A stretch of DNA of 62,086 nucleotides, the filler included. It is 14 parts of 14 records of this genome, joined end to end, with 100 filler letters (N's around TTAATTAATTAA, not from the genome) between each part and the next. Parts side by side here need not be neighbours in the genome. Positions count along the whole stretch, not along the records: positions 1 to 7,679 come from SRR7504441_21840; positions 7,780 to 11,301 come from SRR7504441_21887; positions 11,402 to 15,416 come from SRR7504441_21888; 11 more parts are not named here. The stretch is one strand, 5' to 3'. Every line of letters starts with the position of its first letter. The stretch's first letter is position 1. Below are positions 1 to 11,737 of the stretch, in pieces. The notes under the pieces were generated by a model. The model ran no database searches. It had not been told where the DNA came from and saw nothing but the letters and a program-made list of their open reading frames with translations. Both the position numbers and the translations under genes were made by a program.

Positions 1-173
1 TCTATGCTCGTTTCGAGCTCACCTTCGGTGTAGGAACGCCACAGTACCGGTAGAATATTAATCTATGAGCCCCGGAATGGCCCAGATAGTCGTAGAGCGT
101 TCATAAAAACGTTGCTTGTCCAACGGTAGATCTACTCCGCGGGTGCGCAGCAGCGGGTCTGCACGGCTGCGAA

Positions 174-2697
174 ATGGAGCCAGAGGGTGAGACGCTGTCG
201 GTGGAGTTGGACTCAGCCCTGGCCGATCCCGAGTTCAATGTTGTGCAGACCATCAACCATCGGTTCCCTACAGGTCTGCGCCCAGCGCCGCGCCCAGCTG
301 AGTGTGTGACCGGGCAGAGGAGTCGCTGTCTGGGCTAGAGCCGTACCTTCGGGCCCTCCGGGACAAGATTGCTGAAATGGACGAAGGGATCATGATTGCT
401 GTCCGGCAGCAGGCCACCTGCGGCAACAAGGCCCAAGACGACCTCAAGGCGGCCCAGCGGGCGATCGTGGACCTGTCCAGCAAGACGGCGGACATCAAGA
501 AGCGGGCCGAGCAGAGCGAGGAGATGGTGAACGAGATCTGCGCGGACATCAAGCAGCTGGATCACGCCAAGCGCAACCTGGAGTATGCCCTGCGCAGCCT
601 GAAAGGGCTCCAGCTGATCATGGCGGCCGCCGAGCAGCTGAAAGAGCTGGCCGAGCTCAATCAGTACCGCGAGTGCGCAAACCTGCTGCAGGCAGTGATC
701 CCGATGGCCAAGCGGTTCGAGGAGCACAAACGGGTCACCAAAGTGCGCGACCTGCTGGATGATTTCGGCGAGATGAAGCAGTCGATCCGGGCGCAGGTGT
801 TCAAAGATCTGGAACTTTTCACAAATGAAGATTTGAGTCCACAGGATAAGGAAAAGTTTGGGGACGCCTGTCTGATTGTGGATGCGCTCGGGCCGGAAGC
901 TAAGCAGGATATGATCGCTCAGTTCAGCAGCCTTTTCACGCACAAGAGCCAGTTCCGGGTGTACGATGCGCTCCCGCTCGAGAAGACAGAAAAGCGGTTC
1001 ACTGCTCTGCGCAAACTGCTCCAAAGTTACGAGGAGCAATACGACCAGGTGTTCCCGCTCAACTGGAAGGTCCCGCAGGTGACTCGTTTAATCGATGTTG
1101 TTAGAGTGAGAATTCCCAGTGCGGTTTAGGGCCCTAAAGGTTGGGCAGACTCCTGACCGAGAATCCCTAAATTTGGCCTGTTGCCGTCTGCGCACTCACT
1201 CATGCTGTGTGTCACAGAAAATCTGTGAGGACTTCTGTAGAGTGACCAACAGTCACCTTCAGAAAGTTCTCAAGAAGAGTGGAGAGGACGGTCCCGAGGT
1301 CGGTCCCCTGCTTCATGTATTGCAAAAGACCATTGAATTCGAGCAAGAGCTTGGTGAGAGGTTTGCAGAGGAAATCATCATTGATGAAAGTGGTGTTGAA
1401 GTTGAGACAGAGGATTCGGAGGTGAATGAGTTGTACGAGGAGCTTCAGAACCTCGATACAACAACGACAGCAGGTATTCGTCGTAAATATGAACTGCTGC
1501 GCAAAATTGAGACTCGTCAGAAGCAATCTGACCATATTACATCCTCCACAGCTACCACTGTAAGGAGGCCAACGACGAGATTCTGTGGGATGCTGTCAAA
1601 TGTGTTTGAGCAGTACATGAGCGTCTATATCTCTGCAGAGGTTAGGAACATGAGGCAGATGATTGCCAGGGCTGTTGCTGAGGAAAAATGGGAAGTGGGT
1701 GAAACTGGTTTCACCAAATTAGTGGACAGCAGTGCCCAGATGTTCCTTGGCATTCGTAAAAGCCTTCAAAGATGCATTGCTCTAAACAAGGTGCAGCTTC
1801 CATAGCGCGCTCATTGCCCTTTCCTAGAATCTAATCGCCGTCTGGATGCAGGATGTGGTGCTATATGACATGCACAAGGATGTGTTCTGCGTTTGTCTGC
1901 GAGACTATGCAAATGCTCTTCGTGCTCGAATGTCGCAACAGGGCGGAGTCGATCAGTGTATCGTAATCTGCCTGATCATCAACACTGCTGATTATTGCTT
2001 TGAGACATGTGGTGAACTAGCAGAAAGCCTCAAAAAGGCCTTGACCAACTTGAACAGTGATTGGTCAGATCAAATATCGGTTGCAAATGAGCAGGCTGAA
2101 TTCCGTAGTGTACAAAACTTTGCTATCCGCGAACTGGTGGCAAATTTAATGAATCAATTGGATAAGGGATTCACAATGCTGGCGCGCATGCCATGGGGTA
2201 TGATTAAGGAGGTAGGAGATCATTCAACATATGTAGATGAAATCACAGAAGTACTTCAATCAAATGTGCCCAAATTTGGCCAGAATCTTGTTCCTGCTTT
2301 CTTCAACATGTTTTGCAACAAGTTTGTGGAGTCGTTTATTCCCAAGTATATCGATACAATCTTCTCGTGCAAAAACGTCGATGTGATCGCAGTGCAGCAA
2401 CTGCTTCTCGACACTGGAGCTATGCGCAGTTTGCTACTCAAAATACCCAGCATGGGAGATGCTACACCCAGTAACATGTTCACCAAGCTCACCAACAAAG
2501 ACATGGCTAAAGTGGAGGACCTGATGAAAACTCTCATGTCTGATAAGGATAGCATGGTCGAGGTCTTTTTGACGTTTGTCACGGACGGGAGTAAGTCTGA
2601 CTTTCAACGGGTATGTGAGTTGAAGGGGTTGAAAAAGCTTGAGATTGAGACATTGTGTCAAGTTCTCATGAGAAATCCGAGGGCTCCAAAGACATAA
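174..2697 (+). CDS. VPS53: GARP/EARP complex subunit Vps53 (4 exons; introns 274-317, 1079-1217, 1791-1851)
   Basis: Spliced start reads MEPEG...PEFNVVQTINHRFPT/EESL. Contains IKKRAEQSEEMVNEICADIKQLDHAKRNL, CLIINTADYC, VGDHSTYV and QQLLLDT, as in Vps53. GT-AG introns join three ORFs in frame. Confidence 0.93.
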
Positions 2698-3004
2698 ATT
2701 AATTATTTAAGTTAGAATACAATATTTACAGCATTCATCGGACAAGATTGATCTTGGCATGATCTCAAGTGATGAACATATATTAATTGGCTAAGACAAT
2801 CCGAGCCGGTACTTAGATTGATGATTGAGTTAGGTTTAAGCAGACTTTAGAAGTGCTTTACAAATCACACTATAATCACACTAGTGACTACGTCATAATT
2901 TTGAAAATCTCGTCGACATGTACAATTGCAACATTGCAACTGCTACATGTTTGCACTATATTTTGGTTGACACTAATGCATGGATGTGTCGTAGACTAAG
3001 AGCA

Positions 3005-6000
3005 TCAATCCTTACTGCACAACAATGCTACGCCTCTTAAGATCCAGTACCATTCAGGCTCTTCACTTCTTATTGATGGTCCATGTATCCTGGAATGCTA
3101 TCCAGTACATGGTCTGTGAGGTGCAATATGGGGGTCGCATTACTGATAATCTTGACCGGCGACTATTTGGTACGTACGGGCAGGCTTGGATTGCCTCGAA
3201 AGTGCTAGATCCCGCATTTGAATTCTCTCCAGGCGGCTGCATCATGGCCGCCCCAAAGCTTATTGGCTCAGCGGATATTTCAACCCGCAGGGTTTTTTGA
3301 CTGCAGTTCAGCAGGAAGTGACTCGGAAGCACACTTCTTGGTCTCTTGACGATGTGTCGCTATCGACTGAAGTCAGGCCAATAGAGAAAGAAGACCTGGA
3401 ACGAAGGCAAGAGGCAAAAGATGAAGAAGGAGTCTATATCTGGGGATTGTTCTTAGAGGGATGGTGCGTATGAAGCTTAGCCCCACCTGAAACTTGTGAG
3501 CTGATGGCACCTTATCTGCAAATGGATGACTTTGATCGAGAAACTGCAGCCAGAGCAAGTGGAGACATAGCAGGTATGTGTGACTGGTGCAAAGCCATGG
3601 TTAACTACTATTTTATTGCAAAGTTTGTTGCACCAAAGATAGAAGCTCTCAAAATGGCAGAACTGAAGCTTGCAGCAGCGAACGAAGAACTTGCGCAAGC
3701 TCAAAGCGAGCTGGAAGAAAAAGAACGTGAGGTGCTGGAACTCAATAATGAATTTTCAGCTGCCATGGGAGAGAAAATGAAGATTCAGGAAGAGGCAGAC
3801 ATGACCAGAGCAAAGATGGATGCAGCAACTCAGCTGATAGAAGGGCTGGCTGGTGCCTGATGGTTGTGACTACAACGAGAATTTCCGACTCTACTTCACT
3901 ACCAAGCTTGCTAACCCTCACTATACGCCAGAGTTGTCTGCTCAGACTACGGTCATCGATTTCACCGTCACAATGCAAGGTCTTGAGGACCAGCTACTGA
4001 GCATTGTAGTTCTCAAAGAGCCCTTGTCGAAATTTCTCAGTTCATCCAAAAATCGTGGCCGTGCCATCATGGTCTTGGATAGGTTGAAGGAAGCAAGGAT
4101 GGTTTTGTCTCCTCCCTTTGTTTCGTTGTCTGGATCTATTTCCACTGAAAGCAGCCTTTCTCGACGAAGAATGAGCACGCCGTCGAAGATTCGGCGGATC
4201 AAATTTGGCGGTTTTGCGAGTTTTTTTAGAGTGTTGATATCATCTGGTCTAATCGCATCCAAAGCTGCAAATGCCGCATCTAAGGCAGGCTGGGCCTCTT
4301 CCAGATCGCGATTACACGAATCTCTATCTGCTTGAATGCTGCTTGCCACTTCAGCCAAGTCGTTCTTTGTCATAGAAATACTTGATCACTTCGTCACGAA
4401 CAGCATCCGTGACACCGCTAGCCTTCTCATACATGGGAAGTAGTTCACCGATCATAGCTTCTAAGTCTTCTTTTGTGAGCAGGCCGGGAATTTCACCAGT
4501 GGACAGCACCATATTGATATATTCTAGGAAGCCCTCTTCCTTGACCTCAGCATCTGTCATGACAAACGTGACAGGGTGTTGAAAACCAGCTTTCAAGTAC
4601 TGGTTCTTGATGTCTTCGAGAAGGTGAGTGACACCGTAAGTCTTCGAGCCGGCTATCTGAAATTTTGTGTAGCCAGCAATATGAGCTGCCAAAGCAGTCA
4701 AACTTTGCTTACCAGAGCCACCGACACCAACCAGCATCGCACTACCCTTGGGCATGGAAATGATGCGCGAAATACGAGCGTTGATCACAGCGGTTCGAAT
4801 CAACTGTTGGCACCAGTAGAGAGGTAAAATCGAGGTTTTCGACATTTCCAACTTCGAGGGGCTGAGCGATGATGTTTACCCATTCAAACTTGTCATCCAA
4901 GGTCCAGCAGTAAGCGTCGGTATCCGGCGTCACAGTTGGTAGTGCACTGCTGAGAGTTCTGAGATGCTCTTCAAATACTTGACGATGATTCGTCTCGAAC
5001 AGTCCCCCAAACGACCAGAGGCAGCCAAATATAACAGCGCGCTCCAGCTGTTTAGCATTAAGAGGGGAATCTTTCTCGCTTCGTACCTCTGGAAGGATCC
5101 CTTGTAAGAGCATCAAACAAGAGCTCACCAAATTCATCACTGGAACTTCCATCACCAATCTACACTCTGAATTCTTTATGAAATCCTCACACGAGACAAA
5201 ATAATTTTCCAACAGCCAACCAGCCCTTTCTGCCGGCAGCAGTCGTGCACTGCTTGCTCGACTTCTGCAAACTGTGCCTTGGGTGGATTTAATCCTGGGA
5301 AAAGATCATTCACAAGTGAGAGAAAGAGCCCGACGTCCTCAGCCACAAATTTGGACATATTCATGTCACGAAGAGTACGACACAGCAGAAACGACTCAGA
5401 CTTTACCTTCGTTCCTGGTATAACCACCTTTCAATCACCTCAGTCGTCTCTCCCAACTTGCAGATCCAGAGATCTACTGTTTCTTTGAATGGTAGCGCAT
5501 AACGAGAACTAGCCATTCCTCCTAGTGTCATCAAGCTCTCTTCAAGATCCTCTTGAATCTCACCTGTTTCCACACCTTGCAAAATGTATAGCTGATTTCG
5601 ATTCTTGTATTGGATGAATGTAAATGCTCGTTCGGCCCACCTTTCCTCCAACTCTGTGAGCTTGATACCAATGTTGAATTCTTTTGTTGCAGCCATTCCG
5701 TTAATCGCTGAATACATGAGTAGCACTACTCGCAAGTTTGGTATTCAAGTGGAAAGTTTAGAAGACGTTCGAAAGCTAATGGGCATGCTCAAGGAAGTTT
5801 CAGATAAAGAATCCACGATAGAATGGGAATTTGGGCCGCTTGAGCAAAAATATGAAGTACTACAACACTATGGTGTGAAGTCGCTCACTCAGGAGGAGTT
5901 GACTCAAGTCAATGAACTGAGGACTAATTGGGAAAAGCTCAAAGCCCTCACATTTGGAGTTGCAGAAAGTCTCGGATCCATGCAAAATGAGTACAAACTC

Positions 6001-7679
6001 AATTTGATGGGCGATGTTGCTGATTTCAAACAGGCAGTCACAGCCTATACTCAGGATTACAAAGCTGTATTTAGGTCTTCACGAGCTATCTGCATGAACC
6101 CCTGCCCACACTGACACGTTTTTTTATGGCATTGAATGAGGTGCGCATGCACGAGAGAATTGCATGATACATCAGCCGGTTGTAATGCTCCTGCAATTGA
6201 GAAACAGCAAGTGGATTTGCTGCAATTGCTTTTCCAGTGCCGCCTGGTGCGCTCTCCTTGTCCAAAAGAGTTGAATTCACAAGTTGGAGCAGATCCTGAA
6301 CAGCAAGTTCAACAGCTAGGTTTTTGTCATCTAGTCCTGCCATGTTCTCTTTGACAAACTGTTCTTGGATTGAAACAAATTCAACGACATTGAAAGGAAA
6401 CTTGCTGGGATCGAGATCCACCAGTACTGTTCGTGAGATTATCTTCAAATTGCTTTCGATCCGATTCTCGATCATATCATTCATTTTGGTCACCAGGTCA
6501 TCAAGTTTGGATAATGAATGCGCCACAGCATCTAGATAGGTTGGTATATTCAGTGATGTCCACGTGATTGTGGTGAGCCCTGGGGTAATGTGCTGATCCA
6601 AATCTTCAAGATGAAACTGCAGTAACCATGTGCTTATTGTCAAGATCAGCTTTCAGAGTGTCTCTTAGAATAATGCATTGAAATCTGGACAGCATCTTCA
6701 ATGCCTGCTGCGTATTTGCGATGGTCTCGAAAGAAGAGTTGATGAATCCCTGAAGATTACTCTCCAAGTGGTGAATTGCAGCCTGAAATTCCAAAAAATC
6801 TCTTTCAAAGTTAGTCTTGGTATAGTCAAGCAAATTATATGGCTTCCGCTTGAGGTCTTCAAGAATCGCATCAAAGCTACTGAGTATCGGTTGCATGGCT
6901 TCTATGGCATTTGCTGCCATCATTGAGAACTGTTGGATCACGTTGAACATCTCAATCACTTTCTGCAGACGTTTAGAAAAGAGGTCAAATTTGCAGAAGA
7001 TCACATTTTCATTGAGATCAAAGGGATCGTCGCCCTTCGCAAGGGTAAGCAGCACCTTATTCTTGGTGACTTGGAATTGCTCCTGGTACATGTCAAACAG
7101 ATTATCACATGCCTGCATCCTCTTGATCAGTGCAGAGGGCTCATGATCCCAAAGGGACTGTCCTTGAGAGATGTTTCGCATGCAATTCACAATGATTTGG
7201 TTCGAGATTTTCGTAAGAAGCTGAGTCATGTGCTTTTCAGTGTTGTAGTATCGGGAGATCTGTTGCATCATTTTTACATTGTTCAGTAACGTGGGCAGAG
7301 TCTCAGCAACTTGCTGAGTTGTTCCTGTGTATATCACCTCCACAAACTTGTCCAGAGTGGCCAAGTACTTGACATTGTCTTTGGCTTCGTTCGCAGCATC
7401 GGTTATCTCATTGTCAAGAGTCCTCCAGTTTTTTAACGTTTTTTGGACATGCTCGTGGGTGTGCCTGGCTTCTCGCAGCACGCCAAGGATGACTTTACAT
7501 TCCTTGCATCTGAGCTGATCAGTCGTCCCTTTTCTGTTGATGCACCCTGACACTGTCCCAGTTGAGCAGGATCTGGCAGTGAGCGAAGTGGTGCTGGTGG
7601 GTGATCTGACAGCAACATTCAGGTTGAGCAAAGCAACCAGAATGAAGATGCAAGCAGCAAACCTTATCTAGCTTAAGAT
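3005..7679 (-). pseudogene. Rearranged, internally deleted axonemal dynein heavy chain (outer-arm gamma/DNAH5-DNAH8 type)
   Basis: Fragments: N-terminal tail (EAKDNVKYL, SRYYNT), DHC_N2, AAA1 lid (LRDMNMSKFVAED), AAA4 P-loop (LVGVGGSGKQSL), stalk, AAA5 ([13 protein letters not shown]), AAA6 lid (EVQYGGRITD), CTD (YFNPQGFLTA) and the true C-terminus WILRGVALLCSKD* (stop at 3005-3007, minus strand). They lie on both strands. The AAA1-AAA3 P-loops are absent. Confidence 0.9.
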
Positions 7680-7779
7680 NNNNNNNNNNNNNNNNNNNNN
7701 NNNNNNNNNNNNNNNNNNNNNNNTTAATTAATTAANNNNNNNNNNNNNNNNNNNNNNNNNNNNNNNNNNNNNNNNNNNN
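7680..7779. other. Artificial contig spacer N44-TTAATTAATTAA-N44. Also at 11302, 15417, 19561, 23023, 26681, 30174, 36573, 40081, 43590, 47945, 53020 and 57942 (100 nt each)
   Basis: The identical 100-nt block with an all-frame stop linker occurs 13 times, and genes are cut at its edges. Confidence 0.99.
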
Positions 7780-8295
7780 CAATCCGCTGAAACTGGAGCC
7801 GGCCGCGCCAATCGGCGCAATCGCCCAAGCAGACCTCCCATCCATTCTTCAAACGGGATTTATTATGTACGATATTGATTAGATTGGTGGGTTGGTTGAT
7901 TGTATACAGTATTACTTGTAATAAAATTAGGTTACACTTAGTTACGCTAAGTTGATCATGTACAGTAGGATGTATTAAAAACCCACCGTACAGAACGTGA
8001 TTGATTGTGCCTGCTATACGTATACATAATTAACTGTCATTGCGAGTTCTACATGTATAGCTATTGGTCCTCTCTCTCGCAGTACTCTCGCAGCATTATA
8101 TAGCATTTTGGACCAACTCTAGCGCATTCGGTGTTTTAAATAATCATGAATGCGAGTACATACCCACTCGCACCGCGCCAGTTACCGCAATGCACATAAT
8201 TATGATCATGGTCCGTAGTCCATGGCAGTTGTATGACGATGATCTGATACCAACCCAACATATGAGCAGATCATCATGACAGCCGCCACGTCGGC

Positions 8296-11199
8296 TTAAC
8301 TCTCCCCTTCCACTCGCTCTTCGTCCTCTTCTCCCCCCGAAGACTTGTCTGGTGAAGAGAAGAACAAAACCGGCGGCGGCGGCGGCGGCAGGCTGCAATG
8401 TGCGGCTATCCCGTGCTTGTGCAGCATCTGCTCGCTCCATTCTGACCAGACTGTCCGCACCCCAGCCCTCACGAGCACCTTGACCAGCCCGGCCTGCCCG
8501 GCCTGCATCCCCAAGTCCAGCACAGGCTGGAGCGCCCGCACGTCCCCTCGCATCGACTCCAGCAGCCGCTCCACCTGGCTCAGCGCGTGCACCTCGAGCA
8601 TCACCGGGTCGCACACCTGCCCGGCCGTCGCCCCCGGCTGGCCCGGCCGCCCGCCTTGTCCCTGTGCTCGATCGCAAACCCTAGCAAGTCCACCAGCTGG
8701 GCCAGCCGGCTCGCGTTCAAGCTCGGACCAGCAACCATCGCCGCAAGCCGCTCACTAGACCGCCAAAACCCCCCCGCGGCCAGCAGCGTGCTGCACAGCG
8801 GCGCCCCCGCCGCCGGCTGGGGCTCCGGCTGCCCTAGCTCGCGCACGAGCCGCGCAAACAGGATAGAGAGCCTCGCGAGTTCTGGGCCGAGCAACCGAGC
8901 GGCTGTCCGGTCAGCAAGAAGGTGCTGGGCCAGCCGTGTGCCCTCGAGCTCACCGGAGAGAGATAGCTCGACTAGCCGCTTGCGCATCTGGTTCATCTCC
9001 ATCACCGCCCGGACGCAGTCCTGTCCGGGGTGCAGCACCCGAAACTGCCAACCGAGTCACCGCCCCGCCCCGTGCCTGGATGCTATACTATACTATACGC
9101 CATACTACTTTATACTATACTACTTAGGGCCGTACCTGGATGATCCAGCCGTGCTCGCCGCCCCAGGACGCCTCGCCGGGACTCGGACCAGGGCTGACCG
9201 CCGCCAGCCCACATGCGAGTCCTGCCGGCCTGTGTTGCTCAAGCGCGTCCAGTGTGCACTCAGCCCCACCGACAGTGCCGGCCTCAACCTGCGACAACAC
9301 TTGCACCAGCCGGTCTAGATCCAACGGCCCAGCCAGGCCTTCAAACGGCGACAGCAACGGATTGGCCGACCGCTGGTACACTCCGAGCAGGTCCTCAGCC
9401 CAGGCGATCCCGAGCCCAGTCACTCTGAACGAATCGAGCACGCGCTCAGCACGGCGCCGGATCTGTGCTGGCAGGCTGCAGGCCGGTCGCGGGGCCGGGG
9501 TCGGGCTGCCCCAGGCCCGGGCGCCCCTGGTGCGGGCATTGAGCTGCGGTCCGAGCAGCGCCGGCCCGAGCTGGGCATTCACCTCGGCCACTACCTCAAT
9601 CCAGCTGTCTAAGTCCAGACTGGCCCACAGCGCTCAGCCCGGACCCCAAGCCCGATGCCTGGCTCCGTATACGTTGCTCAGCGCCTGCATGCTCACTGCG
9701 CTCCCGAGGGTCACGACCGCCTGGTCGGACCTGATCCTGCCGTCCGGCCCCTGCAGCAGCCCGAACAGCTCCTCAGCAGCCTGCAGCACGCCGGCCTCCA
9801 GCCCATCCACAGCAACCGCCCGCCTCCTGCCTCGCCATCAGCCCTGGCCGGCCACCCCGCACCGGGCTCTATCGGAGAACTGCAGGTTGCGGGTCAGGTG
9901 AGCGAGCAGGGCCTGAAGCGCCTCGCCCCCGGCTTCTCTCTTGAGCCGTGCAGCGAACTGGCCCCAGGCCGGCTCGGTCACCCCCTCGCTCAGCTCATCA
10001 AACATCTCCAGCCCGCCACCCGCGTGCACCGAGCGCAGCCGCCGAAGGTATAGCAGCCCTCGCCCGGCCGCGGCCGCCGCGTACACCCCAGCCACCGCCG
10101 CGCTCTCGTCCTCGGAGAGCCCGGCCTGCTTTGCCGGCGGGATCACGCGGGTCACCTCCAGAGCGGCCCCCAGCGCCTCCCCGAGCTCGCCGGCCATCGC
10201 TCGGATGAACATCTTCCGTTGGGCAGGTTCGGTCAAGAGCCCGTCGGCCCCGGGTCCGAGCACCACCGCAAGAGGCTCTAGTGAGCTGGGCAGCACCAAG
10301 GCATCCGCCAGCATGGTCGAGCAGACCAGATGCACTGGGCAGCGGTGCCCCCCGCCGGCCTTCTCGAGCACACCGCCGGTCTGCGCGTCCCCTGCCACCA
10401 GAGTGTGATCAAGTGCCGTGTAGCCCTCCTCGGTGGCACAGTTCGGGTCAGCTCCCTCCTTGATCAGCTCTGGGATGACCTCGCGCACCACACCCCGCTC
10501 CCCGGGCCCTCCCCGCCGGAGCTGCCGGGCCAGCCGGGCCAGCACGTCCCCCCTTGCCTGGTACTGGGCTGCAGCCACCTGCGCGAGCGAGATCGAGCCG
10601 GAATGGACCGCCAGCTGCACGCCGCGGTCGCTCGGTGGCCAGCCGGCCTCCATCAGCCATCGGAGCGCGGCCAATCGGCCTACGTGCTGCGTGAGGGTCT
10701 GAGCGTCCGAGCCCATCGCCAGCGCCAGCGGTACCAACTGCTCGGCGACCCCGGGCGGGAGCCTTCCCGGGCCCAGCCGGGCGAGCGCCGCCTCGATGAG
10801 CCCGATGTCCGGCTCGGGCGCCGCGTCCATCCGCGCCTGCACCAACGCAGCCACCAGCCGGCGGGCCGAGAGCTCCGCCCCCGCGGGATCCGGCTGGCCG
10901 GCGACGAGCAGCCCGCGCGCCAGCTGGAGCGGGTCGGACGGGACCGGCTTGTTCGGCCTACGGGCCACCGGGCCGGCCGCGCTGACCATTGCGATCACCG
11001 GCTGGCTGCCGGATCGGTGGGCCAGCCCGAGCGCCAGCTCGTCGCACGGGAGGCCGCGGTCGACCAGCTTGCGGGCGGCGTACTCGAGCCGCTGGCGGAC
11101 GGCCGGGTGCTCCTCGGTCTCCAGCTGGCCGCAGACCAACTCGAACGCCTCGAGCACCTCCGCCGGCGCCTCGGGCATTGACTGGGAGAACCTCTCCAT
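8296..11199 (-). CDS. Large multi-exon hypothetical protein with an ankyrin-like repeat
   Basis: Consecutive minus-strand ORFs (9838-11214, 9124-9591, 8601-9038, 8296-8616). Ankyrin-like LIKEGADPNCATEEGYTALDH. Exon boundaries not fully resolved. Confidence 0.55.
9083..9123. repeat. Degenerate (CTATA)n microsatellite, probably intronic
   Basis: ctatactatactatacgccatactactttatactatactac within an otherwise GC-rich gene. Confidence 0.75.
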
Positions 11200-11737
11200 C
11201 CGAATCAAACACAACGGACGAAATCAATCGGTCCGGGGATCGATCTCGCGAGCAGCATTGCGCGATGGATTGCCGGCCTGACAGCGGCGAGACGGCGGAC
11301 GNNNNNNNNNNNNNNNNNNNNNNNNNNNNNNNNNNNNNNNNNNNNTTAATTAATTAANNNNNNNNNNNNNNNNNNNNNNNNNNNNNNNNNNNNNNNNNNN
11401 NCAGACCGGTGAGGACGACACCATTTACGAATGAGAGAGTCCCTATTGTAAGCTGTGATTGATGTTATTTAATTTTCTGCTCATGTACAGTTGAATACCA
11501 TAGATCTAGCCTAATAATTTTGATAGGTTGCTTTGTTTATTCAAGTAAATGCATGTATAAAGTGCTCATGTAAATCAGAAACACGACCAAACGACTTGTA
11601 CGACTTGACGAAACTTGTATGGTACGATTACCAAGATATTACCAAGACATTCGGTATGGCGTCCGTGGACATTGCAATATTGTTTGGAACACGAGTACAT
11701 GGCTGGTATGGCAAGACCACGCTATCAGTCACGCGAA

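Noticed and set aside
3005-7679. Proximity-ligation concatemer or exon-skipped cDNA as the source of the dynein mosaic
   Set aside because: No shared restriction site (GATC or CATG) at most junctions, junctions are not splice sites, and intron sequence is retained (about 7608-7662). An amplification chimera is still not fully excluded.
3005-7679. Ciliate-style scrambled gene with pointer repeats
   Set aside because: No IES-like spacers or demonstrable pointers are visible, the standard code is used and neighbouring genes are unscrambled. Kept only as an alternative hypothesis.
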